From Tubulanus polymorphus (Eukaryota > Animalia > Nemertea): a stretch of 64,000 bases of DNA. Shown in pieces: positions 38,146 to 51,740 of this stretch. The DNA lies in the NCBI RefSeq assembly GCF_964204645.1, contig NC_134034.1:1674072-1738071 (forward strand), read 5' to 3'. Numbering within the stretch: the stretch's first letter is position 1; each line of letters starts with the position of its first letter. Both the position numbers and the translations under genes were made by a program. A model generated the notes under the pieces. That model was not told where the DNA came from. It searched no databases and worked only from the letters and a program-made list of their open reading frames with translations.

Positions 38146-38217
38146 CTCCCCGGCCGGGAATCGAACCCGGGTCTCGCACGTGACAGGCGCGGATACTCAC
38201 CACTATACTACCGAGGA
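38146..38217 (-). tRNA. trnD-GUC: tRNA-Asp(GUC)
   Basis: Identical 72-nt copy; T5 terminator. Confidence 0.97.
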
Positions 38218-40007
38218 CTGTTGTTGCATTTTCCAATCAGTCTTCCAACATTTTGCAATCAGACTTTAAACAAACTTTAACTCAGTATTTGACACCAACT
38301 CAGGGTAGAATTTTACCAGTCTCAACTTTGCCGCAGTTAAGAGACATAATGTATTTCCCGAATAGAAAACGGCCAATACAATGAAATGCGCAAAATTTTC
38401 AAAATCCAAAAATTGTGCTATGTCTTTATCTAGGTCAACGAATGCTAATGACGTCATACCAAAGCGAGCAAAGAGCTTTTCTGTAAAGATATTTCTTCTG
38501 TTTGGAAAAATAGAAACAAAACTCGGAGGCAAAGAAAGACTGCAGATAATAAAGACGATGTTTTCGATTGGAACGCGAGCAGGTGAACTGTTACATTCGT
38601 CGTTTCAGTTCTTTGATTAGCATTTTAGCAAGAGTATATTTTCCTGTTCGTTCGGCGGGGCATAAAATGCGAACTAACAAAACGGTTCGACGAGCAGGAT
38701 TAGTGACGCGCCGCTGGAGAATGGCAGCTCAGACTGACGCAATTCAAACTCGATTACCAGTGCTGGAATTCGCTGAATTTTATTTAAGAATTGGCCAGCG
38801 AACGATCGAAATTCTCTTTGCTATGTTTTTTTCAAATTTCAAATATCTCGACCGTTACCAGATGAACCATTCTAGCAGCAGACGGTAAGCTACCGAAACA
38901 CTCGAAGTGAAGACTTTTACTATCGTTGTAAACAACTAAGCGAAGAAATGAAATAAATTTCAGAAATCTCCGCTAGTTCCAAATGCTAATGGCGTTCGGC
39001 GATTAATCAACGCACGTACAGAACTCTCTCAGTGCACGCTGATTAAGTAGAAGTTAATTGGTTTTTATTATTGAAATTTACGGATATTTCTCGGATGCAA
39101 GAGACGGCATCTCACAGTCGGCTCCGGCGACGACGATGTCGAAATTACGAACAATTTTTCACGCGACAAAATTTAACATCGTAAAATAAACGCGATCACT
39201 TCCGGTTCGTCTGTCATCGCTTAAAACGGTTTTAATTGTTGTACCTCAATGATGTTGTTACCAATAGCGACTAGAATTATGCAGACGTGGATTGAATATA
39301 TAACCTAAACTTAACAACGATTTTTCCTATCTAAAGCCCAATGGTCGGATTTAAGATTATAAATAATCAGTATTTAGATAGATTTCTTCGCAGTTAGATC
39401 TGTAAAGTCAGTGCACAGCGTTTTGTCACTTTTCCAGATATTCTACCGCACAAAAATTTGATAATCAGTTCAAAACTTCGATCGATAATGATCTAATCCA
39501 AGAATCAGTATGAGGAAAAAACTATGACTTAGTGTTCGTCACGCCGTCTGGTGGGATTGCGGTAACCAATCATTCGAGCTTTTTGGTGAAGTTATTTGCG
39601 CCAGTGTACACGGCACGTGATGTTGTTATCAGCTCTACGAAATTCCAACGATTAAAATTCCAATCCCTGATCTCTGTAGTTTCAAACGGAATTCCAGTCG
39701 GAATGCTCGGAATTCACGACTCGGACGAGACACTCAACGATGAAATATTTCAAGATGTTTACGATATTTCAACGCTTAATCATCTTGCTGGTCGATGCGA
39801 CGCGATTGGTCTCTATTAATTAACCAAGATTAAACCGATCTTTACGATGTTTATGGCATATCGCATACCTGCCGCAGATTGTGAGGTTGGTTCATCATCG
39901 AGAAGGATCAGTGCTGCTGCTAGAATTGGGTTCACTAAAAACCCAATGAGTTTGATACTTTTGTACCTGGTAATCTTTGTGTTCTAAGCTTTTCACTCGT
40001 TACTACA

Positions 40008-40530
40008 GGAGAGAGGAGAGAGAGGGAGAGGGGAAAGAGAGAGAGGGAGAGGGGAAAGAGAGAGAGGGGAGAGAGAGGGAGAGGGGAGAGGCGAGAGAGA
40101 GGGAGAGGGGAAAGAGAGAGAGGGGAGAGAGAGGGAGAGGGGAGAGGGAGGGATGGAGAGAGAAGAGATTGAGAGTCAGGCTGGGCGAGAGCGAGTGGGA
40201 TGCAGAGAGGGAGGAGAGTGGTGAGATGGGAGAGGGGAAAGATAGAGAGGGGAAGAGAGAGAGGGAGAGGGGAAAGATAGAGAGGGGAAGAGAGAGAGGG
40301 AGAGGGGAGAGGGGAAAGAGAGAGAGAGGGAGAGGGGAGAGGGATGGATGGAGGGAGGGAGAGAGGAGATTGTGAGTCGGGCTGGGAGAGAGCGAGTGAG
40401 ATGCAGAGAGGTTGGAGAGTGGTGAGATGGGAGAGAGGCATCGAGAGAGGCAGAGAAGGTGACAGGACGAGAGAGGGAGAATCGGGAGAGGCATATAGCA
40501 GAAGGTGGAAGATCGAGAGACGGGAGTGAG
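40008..40530. repeat. GA-rich low-complexity tract with an internal duplication
   Basis: Polypurine run; the GAGATTG..GAGTC.GGCTGGG.GAGAGCGAGTG.GATGCAGAGAGG block occurs twice. Confidence 0.85.
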
Positions 40531-41327
40531 GGGGTGATTAGTGATATTTTATTCATTAAGCGTCACATCTTTTCATCTCTGTCCTAATTAGAAGACTCAC
40601 AGCAGATAAACTAGCAATTCGCAAAGATCGTCTGATTAATCGAAACTACGTAGTCGCAGACGATTTGTATCATTATATAGAGAGAGACGGAAATACGTCA
40701 TACAGTCAAACACCACCAGCATCTTGAAGAGAGAGAGTGAGAGATGTATGGCTGGCTAGCCGACTGGCTAGGTAGAGATGATGACTTTGACTACCTTTTT
40801 CTGCATTGGGAACATGGGTCCTCGTTATATATTCAAAGGTAATTCATTTCTCCAGGGTGCTGGCAACATTTCAAAGGTTGCGGTCGAGATTAACTATTTA
40901 ATAGGGTAAGTCTTGGAAAAAACAAGATCAGCGCTATAGTGACAAGCGGTTTCGAGTCCTGCTGGTTACTGATAGTGTGCTGGTATAACACTTCGAAGGC
41001 CGCGCTCCCGTCGTGCAGAGGTATGAACACGATCCAATCGGGATAGTCTCGGGAAACCAACATCCGAACGAAATGAAATTAAATCAAGCAAGAAACATTC
41101 ATGGTGCCCCACCCTTGTCTAAAGTAAACTTTTTTCAGACAGTACGCGCAATGCCATGACTGTATTTCAATTATCTCTATTCGGATGAAATATTATCACT
41201 ATTTCTCAAAACTTCTTGTTATCATTTTTACCTTTTACGATATGATTTTCGTAATTTTATACGTACGTAAAACGGAAGAGTCTCTCCGCTTTTAGATATC
41301 ATTACGTGACAATCGAGTTTAGAAAGT

Positions 41328-41803
<476 letters not shown>

Positions 41804-42504
41804 GATGAGTCATGGAAAAACACGGGTAACGTGAACAAAGTACTTACGTACTATCGCAGTGGAAAGGAGAGAGGAGAAAAAGATGCGTGAGGAAGTGAGG
41901 ATTGGAAGGGAGTAGAGAATGGGATTTACATCGAGATGGAAGAGAGGGAGGGGAAAGAGAGATGAGGGTTATTGAACAAGAGACCAGTGAAATGATATAG
42001 CATGCGTGGAAGCTTGAATGGACCTTAGAAGTCAGGAGAAGACCAGCGAAAGATAGAGGATAGAATGATAGACAAAGTAGGAGGAGGACAGAAGAGGAGT
42101 GGGCGATTGCAAGGTCATGACCTGATATATACTCTATGTTGCCAAATACAGACAGAGGCGGTTACTTCAGTTCATTGATATACATATATTATATGACATT
42201 ATGTTACACTGAACGCATGATGTATAGTGTTCAATCAATTTCACTTAATGGTCAGAAATGGACGGTTTCTCTTGTTTCAATCGAAATCTCATCTGTCCCT
42301 TCTCACTCCTGGTGGAACGAGTCTCAGGTGTGCGCGACACACACGACTAGAACTACTGAACGGTTATCATTATAACGGAGATCGTAAATATCAAATCTGA
42401 CTCTTCGTCAAACACTTCATAATGTCGCTTTCAATATCAATGCGCAGTTTGATCTACACCCAGTCGATTTCGACACGAACTTACTCCCCCTAGAAAGTGC
42501 TCTT

Positions 42505-42845
42505 GACAGTGCAAGGTACCCCGAACTACCCGGATGACAGTGCAAGGTACCCCGAACTACCCGGATGACAGTGCAAGGTGCCCCGAACTACCCGGATGAC
42601 AGCGCAAGGTGCCCTGAACTACCCGGATGACAGTGCAAGATGCCCCTCAAAACGCGCATGACAGTGCAAGGTACCCCGAACTACCCGGATGACAGCGCAA
42701 GGTGCTCCGACCTACCCGGATGACAGCGCAAGGTGCCCTGAACTACCCGGATGACAGCGCGAGGTGCCCTGAACTACCCGGATGACAGTGCAAGGTGCCC
42801 TGAACTACCCGGATGACAGCGCAAGGTGCCCCTCTAAACGCGTAT
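42505..42845. repeat. 31-bp minisatellite x11
   Basis: TGACAG(T/C)GCAAGGT(A/G)CCC(C/T)GAACTACCCGGA. Confidence 0.93.
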
Positions 42846-43979
42846 GAGTTTTTACAGTTTCTAAATTCCTAAATTATGCTCGAAAATTTTGGAAAACGAA
42901 CTAATTTAAGTAAAAGTTCCACCGAGAACTCGCTGTGTAAACTGGGTCGGTAGTTTTCAATTTCCCCATTCCTCAATTTCCCGACTGTGTCCAGCGGTGA
43001 ACGTGTGATTATATGTACATCGTTTATATCAGTAATATACAATCAGACAATTAATCAATATTTTTCCGGTTATGATAGGATTTTTATGCGCGATTCGCGA
43101 CCGCAACTTTTTCCGATCGTCGATTTACACCGACATTACGAAAAACTAACGGCGGAAATAAGATAAATTAACCCTTCACACGTCGATGAATACAGTCGGC
43201 TAGCGGCGCGCGGCGTGGGTCAGTAATAGTTTATCTGCCAGCGAACGAACGAGCGATCGGGCTTAATCAAATACCTTGTGCTTTCTCATAAAAAAGAAAG
43301 CCGCCGCCGGCCATTACACCGTGAACAATACTCTAGCGCGGTAAGAAAGTGACGGTGATGTTTTCTGCGGTTTGGCCGTGGTTTGACGTGGTCATTTGTC
43401 AAGTTTTGACCGATAAATTCTACCGCGCTGTCGTGGCGATATTTACTAGCATGCTGCAGCTGGACATCGGTCAGCAGAGAACCGAGCGATCGCGCGCCGC
43501 GTCTAATGATGTTATTTGCTTCGACCGTGAAATGATCGGAAAATTAAGGGAAACTGACATGCCGCATCTGGGGACATAATCCAGCTTCTCTGACGGATAC
43601 AGCGCCGCGGTGGCCAGTCGGTTACATTTAACAAGGGGTAATATGTCAAACCATCGCCTCGGTGTTCACCGCAACGCGAATTTTTTTCTACCTCCATCTC
43701 ATTCCGAAAAGAAAATGAATTATACCAGATCTTTAATTAACGACGTCGATAGATGATGGTAGAAAAGATGTGGAATCCCCTTATGACGTCATTATCATGT
43801 TCGGATCTATAGATCGTCTGAATTGCTTTTGTCCGTCATGTCACAGGTTGTTATGAAGGCAATTCGATTTAATATGTATGAATGCGAAGTCAATTCAATT
43901 CGAGCTTAGGTCATTGTGTTGTCTTTGTGACGTTGAGCAATGGTCATTTTGTAAAGAATTCCAACCTATTGGTCATCAG

Positions 43980-44051
43980 TCCTCGGTAGTATAGTGGTGA
44001 GTATCCGCGCCTGTCACGTGCGAGACCCGGGTTCGATTCCCGGCCGGGGAG
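43980..44051 (+). tRNA. trnD-GUC: tRNA-Asp(GUC)
   Basis: Identical 72-nt copy; T5 terminator at 44056-44060. Confidence 0.97.
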
Positions 44052-47000
44052 GCAATTTTTGTTATGCCCTCGGAACCTCATCTTTTCTTTCCTTTATTTT
44101 CATTTTTCATAAGAAGATGCCAAGTGTCCTCAACTCAGTGTTTTAACATTTCCTCCTTCTAATAAAGGGTGGAGTCTGCTACTATCAGAATTGAAAAGGC
44201 GAATACGTTATCATCTCGGCAATATCGGAAGCTTCTGAATCATAAGTCGGGATGATACTTTCAAAATATCGGATGGCTTAAAAATCTAATCATAATTAAA
44301 AAAAGCGCCGTCATCGACTTGAGAGACTCGGAAAGAGACGATCGAGTTGAGATTGATTAATAAATATTCCGTTCATGGATTTATATGAAATAAATCTAAG
44401 CATTTCGTCGTATAAAAAGACTGTAACCTGAGTAAAGCCGAGCGTAGATTGGATATACTGGATATTGGATATAGCTCTTAGCGGTACGGGTTAAAATCTC
44501 CTTACACGTGTGGTTGCTGAATGAATAGATCCTCCACCACCGCCGCCATCATCCAACCACCATTATCGTCCGGTTATCAAACTCCAGTTCTCAGAAAAGG
44601 AAAATCCGTTTATACGAATTTACACGCGGAGAGTAAGATTTTGAGTGGATAAAAAGAAACGGGCAGCTTTTTGTAAATTGATTATTCAATCACGAACAAA
44701 CAAACTGACACTCTAGTGAACTCTACGCAATTGATTAATCATTGTTAACCCCCTAACCCCCGCTATCATCGCCACGACGTGAATTCGCGATAAGCTACCT
44801 TTGTATTTATATCAGCATAAGCTAATTGATTCCTTCACTCTTTCTGTCGCATATACTTATTTGTATTGTTGGTCGGCTCCGCGTCTATTGGTTTCAATAA
44901 ACGGTGTTTCTTCCAGATTTCCATACTTCTTGTAGCCGACTTACTCAAATTTCAGTATTCTGTATTTTCTTACTTTCATATCGCTGTAAATCTCTTGGTA
45001 AATACATTCAAATATCTTTTCTTTATTCTTTATAACCTTGTATTCCTTTTATACTTATATTCATATTGTTGGTATTTCTTGTATCCAAGCGTCGTCTTCA
45101 TCGTTACAAAAATACATTTAAATATCGTTTCTTGAACCCTTGTATTTCTTGTATTTTTCAGAATAAAGTGCACTGCGTTCGATGCGGCGGCGGCGACGCG
45201 CTCGATCTCAGATCTGTTGCAGACGAGTCGTCACGCGGCGGCGGCGGTGGTTCTCTCACTCTCTCTCTCTGCTCTCTAAATCCTATAAGAGAATTTATCT
45301 TTGATTCCATCCGTTCCTGAAGTTTTCTCATTATTTCATCGTCAATTGTTCCTGATTGTTTGGATCTTTTTTCGTCATCCACTGACACCGACTCGAGAGA
45401 CACGAAGGCCAGAGAAGAGAACACATCCCCAATAATACTCAGTCTCAGTTATTATAAAACCTTATTTAGAGTTATTTGACGGATACAGATCCCATCCCTG
45501 CCGCACTCCTCGCTTTGATGGATACAGATCTCATCCCTGCCGCACTCCTCTCTCCCCTGATATTCAAGTAATGGCGGAATCATGTAAGCTAGGTATATCC
45601 ATATCGTCAAGGGACCAATTCATATTTTCGAACAGTTCAAGATTTTCCGACGAGGTAAATCCCTTATTTTGATATACATAACAGATATATGGTTACATAT
45701 GAACAGAACTGCCTGTTCATTCGATCACCTGTACCCAGCGTGGTTCGTGGGTTCGAATCCTAGTGATAGTGGCAGGATTTTCCTCTGGCCTCATAATTAC
45801 CAGGGAGGGGGTCAAAGAATCCGAGGCCTAGTTGTATAAATGCGCGCGCGCCGTAGAGGGAAAGGTATTATGAAAAAAGCAAGCATCTAAAGTGATTCTA
45901 GAACAAAATGGCTGGCAATAGATGGCCACTGTACGTGTAACTTTCTTATGCCACGTTGTGAGAATTGGATCTGCTCCTGAGTTATATGTTTTACCTAGAA
46001 GCAAGTTCGTTGAAATGTCGTCAGATGATTCCCTAGAAGCTGACCACTCTATCTCAAGCACCGCTTAAAAACAGTTAACGCGGGGAAAAGTGGGTTTTTT
46101 TTTCTAGATGGTCTCCTGATGCGAGATGCGTGGCGGCGGTGGTGCGGTCGTCTGACTGCGCGCTGTCAGTAGTTCCAGTAACAGACGATATAATCACACA
46201 CAAACTGCGAGCAGACGATAATGTAGAAACGTCAGGTATGATTATATACAATTATCACGTGTTCGCTGTCAGTGAATTCATATACTTAACAACCGTTTAT
46301 AACAGTTTCTCTCTCCTTCCGTCTCCCCCATATATCCTCATTCTTAACACACTATAGTCTCTCCCTCTCTTCTCCACCCCTCTCCCTCCGGACTCTCCTT
46401 CTCCCATTTATGTCCTCGCCCTGGCTGTCCCTGTTCAGCCCTCTCTCTGATTCCATCTCTGCCTCATATACTCTCACATCTCTCCCTCCACTCTCCATCC
46501 AAGTGCTGGTGGACTTTCGCATCGCGTTGCACATCATTTCTCTCTTCCGCAATCCGTCCACACCCCTCCAATCCCACCTTACTCCCTTCTCTCCCTATCT
46601 CTCTCCTCTACCAGCCTTTCATCTACCTCTAGGCTGTCACCGTCTCTATCCGATCGTTCTTTCATCCATTCTCCGACGAGTCTCTCCATTCCCTCTTACA
46701 CCTCACGCTCCACACCCATTCCCCAGACAAATCCAAGTCCTAATCTATCTAACATACTCGACAAGTCAATGATAGTATTAGCATCGAGGACGTTCATGCA
46801 TTATATATGAACTAACACAAATGAAAGCGTCTTTTTTTTCTAGGTACGGTTGTTTTATCAGCTCGCTCTCCTGGGAACGGCGCGCAAATGGCAATAACAT
46901 ATAATTCGATTTATGTACGGACACCGGAGTCGCTCCTCCTTTTTGAACAAGCAAGCAAACAAAAAACGGGGCGCTCCGTAATGGGCATTCGTTCGTCGCC

Positions 47001-47628
47001 TTTCTCTAGAACTACGATCGCTAAAACTCTAAAAAAAAAAACAGAGTAAAATGTGATAAAAGCCGGGTTCAGACAATCGAGCCTTTTTTTCAGAACTACT
47101 GTCTTCTAGTGCGGATCCGTCGTCGATCGCTATCGAGGATAAAATCTCGTACATAATGTACACATTTCAATATCATCCGCCATCAAAGTTTCTGCAACGA
47201 AATCGCGTTTTCTCGATTTTTCCCGGCTTGATTTTCGATCTAAAGATTCGCAAAACGAGTTCGGTTTTTTTCCCGTCAATTCAATTCGACACTTCTTTCA
47301 CTCCTCGTTTTATTATTTGTCCTTCCGAGATTTCATGCGGAAAATACTCGAACGAACGAGAAAAAGTATTTTCCCCCGTTCCTTTCGCATTTTAAAACGC
47401 CTTTGATCGTAATCCGTTTTCAAATTTTTTTCATTCAAATTTTCTTCCATTTCGTCCTAGGAATTTTCTTTTTTTTTTGGTTGAGAAACAAAATCCGTAC
47501 CGAAAATACAGAGTTCAATAAACTTACTTGCTTTCAACCCTAGAATCGGTGCAAGACGAACGTTGATGAAGTTTTTTAATCCCTACTTCGAATCCCGAGC
47601 GGATTGATAGTGTAAAAGGCGAGGCTTA

Positions 47629-47847
47629 GGCTAAACAAAAACGATACCTTGTTTCTCCGCAGCGGCCGGGTGATTTTTGTAAAATATGATAAAATTTATA
47701 AACAGTTCATTTCTATAGCGGCCGGGTCTGTTATGGTGAAATTGCTCACGATTTTTAAAAAAGTAATGTATAGGGTAGATAGGCGGCCGGCCGGGTCAAC
47801 ATTTAAGCTCAGCAGAGCGGAGAAACAAGGTATCAATTTTTTTGGCC
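47629..47847. mobile_element. MITE, PIF/Harbinger-like; partial second copy at about 5150-5287
   Basis: TIRs GGCTAAACAAAACGATACCTTGTTTCTCCGC / GCGGAGAAACAAGGTATCAATTTTTTTGGCC with a TTA duplication. Confidence 0.72.
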
Positions 47848-48006
47848 TTAGGTATAATATCGATTCTTTCCCACACAAAATCCGTCGCGAATTAATCACT
47901 TTTTATTCGATTTTAAGTACAAAGTAATGAAAATGAATTAGAAGATTCGATACACGTATGTATTTCAGAGAAACAGAAAAACATTCCCGATAAAATATCA
48001 ACACCT

Positions 48007-48289
48007 CGGTACGATAACCACACTCAAACGTCGGGTGAACAGATTATGAGATAAAAACCAACTATTTACAAATTAAAAGAATTCTAAAATCCGAGAATTA
48101 ATTTATTGAAACAATCTAAAATATAAGTACACGGCGTTTCGATTTCACCCTAGAGATCATCGTCAGGTGTGATAACGATGATCTCTAGGTTGAGATCGAA
48201 ACGTCTTATATTTTATAAATTGTATCAAAAAAATAAATTCTCGATTTTAGAATTCTTTTAATTTGTAAATAGAGGGTTTTTATCTTATC
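48007..48289. mobile_element. Penelope-like palindromic insertion with two degenerate hammerhead motifs
   Basis: Imperfect inverted repeat 48050-48165 / 48175-48285; 12-bp TSD ATATCAACACCT (47995-48006, 48290-48301); same family as 16552-16679. Confidence 0.78.
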
Positions 48290-49072
48290 ATATCAACACC
48301 TTGTCTGTCCATAGGCCTGGGAAAATATCCAGATATGCTGGAATGGAAGTCTGTCACAGACACGGAAAATATACACACGCGGCGATGTTGTAAAAATCGT
48401 GTTTGATAACGTCTGGATAGACAGTCTTTTCCAGGAAAGATACCGGTTCTTACTTATTTCCAGACACTTAAAAAACCATGAACATGTTTGTTTGTTTTTT
48501 TCTGTACAGCTGAGAATCAGAAATTGTGTTTCGACATCAAATTTTCAATCCATTTTGAATCCTAGGCTATATGTCTAGTACACATTTGATGACTTTATCG
48601 AAAAAAAAACTTTCTGGGTGCAGAATTCATTGAAAATGAAATCGGGAAATCCGTCGTCGTTAGAACCAATGATATTAAAACTCGTTCCCGGCAGGTAGTG
48701 TGGTACGGGTTTTTAAGGGACACCAATGAAAACAATCAAACGAAATCTACCGATCAAATAAATAACAGGGACACAATCCCTCTTTTAAGTTTTTTTTAAA
48801 TAACCGATAAGCCAAAATGTTTAGCGAACTAGATAACCTCGTTACGTGTGTTTGACCGTCTTCGTTTTTCTTCTTCGTAAATATATTTGTGAACAGAATT
48901 AATTCTCCAGCGCAGTAAACCGCGTGGAAGATCGGGCAGGAGAGTTTAAACACAATCTCGTGGAAAACGGCCATCTTGAATAATGCTACGATTAACCGAT
49001 GACATGATCGATTACTCGTTGTGTCGCCTGTTAGTCATTGTATTGAAATTTCCGTCGAAGTTGTCTCAACTG

Positions 49073-49144
49073 TCCTCGGTAGTATAGTGGTGAGTATCCG
49101 CGCCTGTCACGTGCGAGACCCGGGTTCGATTCCCGGCCGGGGAG
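49073..49144 (+). tRNA. trnD-GUC: tRNA-Asp(GUC)
   Basis: Identical 72-nt copy; T-run terminator immediately downstream. Confidence 0.97.
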
Positions 49145-51459
49145 TATTTTTTTAACAAAGACTTCACGCTTTTCACAACAGCGAATTAGTAAGGATCCAA
49201 GCTGCACAAATAAACCACCTTCTGTCGACAACATACGCAATTACGGCACCGAGCAAAATCATAAGTTTTTCCACACGTCAAAAACATCTTTTACATATAG
49301 TACGAAGAAAACAAAACCGAAGTCAACTTTTCCTGTATAACCCTGGTAACTGAAAATACCAGAACATTTTTATTTATTCGCATTTCGGGTTCTTTCGACT
49401 ACAATTTACAATCTACCACGTACGATTTACGACCTACGATTCTCGCTCTCTTTATAGCTCATTCTACGCGCCCTTACTATCCACTTTTATATTACGGTTA
49501 TTTTCGCGAAGTTAAATAAAGAAAAATAAATCGATTGTTAACGTTTCGGGTTCGCTGGGACACGCTGTATAATTCAAGAACCACGATTCGGAGAGCAAAA
49601 TCTGGTAATTGTAAAAAAAATGTAGGTACCCCATAGTGGTAGAAATAGGTTTTGATCACAAATATATCGGGCCTACTTTAATGAATCTAAGACTAGTCTA
49701 GACTGCGCTTGTCACGGGAGCCCTCGAGTGCTGCCACACGCGACATAAGATTTTAATCTCCTGACTGCAGTCCACAGCTTGATACGGGACCCATCCCTGC
49801 TCCGACTGGCCCAGAATTCGCTTAGAACACTAACAATTCATTGGTCCCTTGAGATCGCGAGGCAAGCGGATTCGAATGTGTTGCTGCTAACATTGTCTTT
49901 GACACCTAGTCCAGCCGTGATCATACGGAGACGATTCGGCCCAAGCAATATTTGACCCGTGCTTAATTAGAGGGCGCGTTCACACGTAAATCACCCACTC
50001 GATACTAAAATACTTGGTTTTGAATGGCCTTAGGAGAATCTGGTATCATTTTATTACATCCTTATTTGACACCAGCGTGAACGATTAGCCAGAACAAGCC
50101 TAAACCTGGTACGGAACAAATTCGGCCGGGTCATCAAGTGCTCGCATTGATCGCGGCTTATACGGATCTAAAGGGTGTTTGTTCTGTTTATCGTGTTAAG
50201 GGTCTCTACCTGGTAAAGACGATACAAATCCTGCCCGATATTTCACCCTCTAAACGTCCTATTTTATGCTTAGAATTACTACAAATCGAACGAGACACGA
50301 ACAATTTAATTACACACAGAGTTTTCAGTTATTTATCAACAGTTTTCGTTGTACAGTTCGTTGACATTGCGATAGATGGCGCATCGGTAGCTATAAACCC
50401 GGCGCGTATTTTTCGTTGAATCGATACGCCTTTATGACTAGTACATGGAAAAAGCTATAGATGGCGTAAAGGTAGTAAGCACGGTACAAGTAATTATATT
50501 CTATTAAATAAATGCAATAATTGGTTTTTAACTAATTAACGATAATTAACTGTTTATTCGATTAGCTCAGAAAACTGATTATCTATCTATAGCAGGACCG
50601 GCAATTCTTAAATAAATAAACATAATTTCAGACCGGCGGTTTAATTTCAAACGTAACAAAAAAAATATTCAAACAAATTACAACCTATTTTCAGAACGTG
50701 TGCGCACAATTATATGTATATATGTGTGTGTATAAATAATTTAATCAATAACATAAATAATGTAAATCTACGAGTTTTCTCAATAAATAAATTCTTACTA
50801 AAGGCAAAATGCATCCATAGTCTTTAAACGTACATTATAGTGTCATATTCATGTGCAACTGTTACAATAGCAACACCTGAGTATAATATATATTAGTATA
50901 TATATTATATTATATTATATATTGCTGCCTTAAGTTACACAAAATGTTAGATCAGAAAGCATGCAAAGCACAAACCACTGACCACAGCGTCCCTTAACAC
51001 CGACTAGGCCCACATCTACAACACTAACGCCCCCAAGCGATCAGACATTGACTGACGCCCCCCTATCAGTGACAGAATTAACCATCCCTCCCCCGTAACT
51101 AAACTCCATTCATTCATACAATTAGTATATACAGCTTCAATCAAACTTATGCACCAGCACAGACGGCATCAGCATCTGATTACGCTCAGTTTCACAGCAC
51201 CAGCATCCGATTACACTGACAGTTCTACTGAACCAGCATCTGTATACTGCACCTGCGCATATACTAGAATTCAAATGCATCGGCATCTGACTACTACTAA
51301 CCAACATTTCTGTTGCGCTTACTCTCACTTACAGTTCTTACTGCAACCAGCAGCTTTTACACACAACCCTCTCTCCTCCCCCTCTCCTCTCCCCTCTCTC
51401 CTCTCCCCTCTCTTCCCTTCACTCAACCAGTTATAATATTTATCCATTAAATATAATAG

Positions 51460-51492
<33 letters not shown>

Positions 51493-51740
51493 GTTTATAT
51501 AAATATCAACCCCCTCCCAATGGTACTACACACAAACCCTCCCCCACACACTCCCCTCCTCTCCTAGACTCCCCGAACCCTCCCCTGCACAGACTCAAAG
51601 GACAGCCCTCCTAAAAACTCTCCCCTACATCTCAAGCAAACCCTCTCCTCATCCAACTCATTAGAATGACTCAAATCCAGCAACCCTCTCCGACCCCTCG
51701 GCACCCCTCCCCTTATTGCCCCTCCCCCCTCCCTCCTCTT

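Noticed and set aside
40990-41075. HDV-like ribozyme suggested by GCG-CTCCCGT-CGT (P3/L3-like)
   Set aside because: No P1/P2 partners or J4/2 could be assembled.
42505-42845. CRISPR-like appearance of the 31-bp array (also 54385-55015, 59762-60322 and 25900-26620)
   Set aside because: Units are contiguous with no unique spacers, there are no cas genes, and the context is eukaryotic.
45730-45800. Isolated B-box motifs GGTTCGAATCC (also near 9550, 23660, 27963 and 36612)
   Set aside because: No cloverleaf; probably tRNA-derived SINE remnants or chance matches, with boundaries I cannot define.
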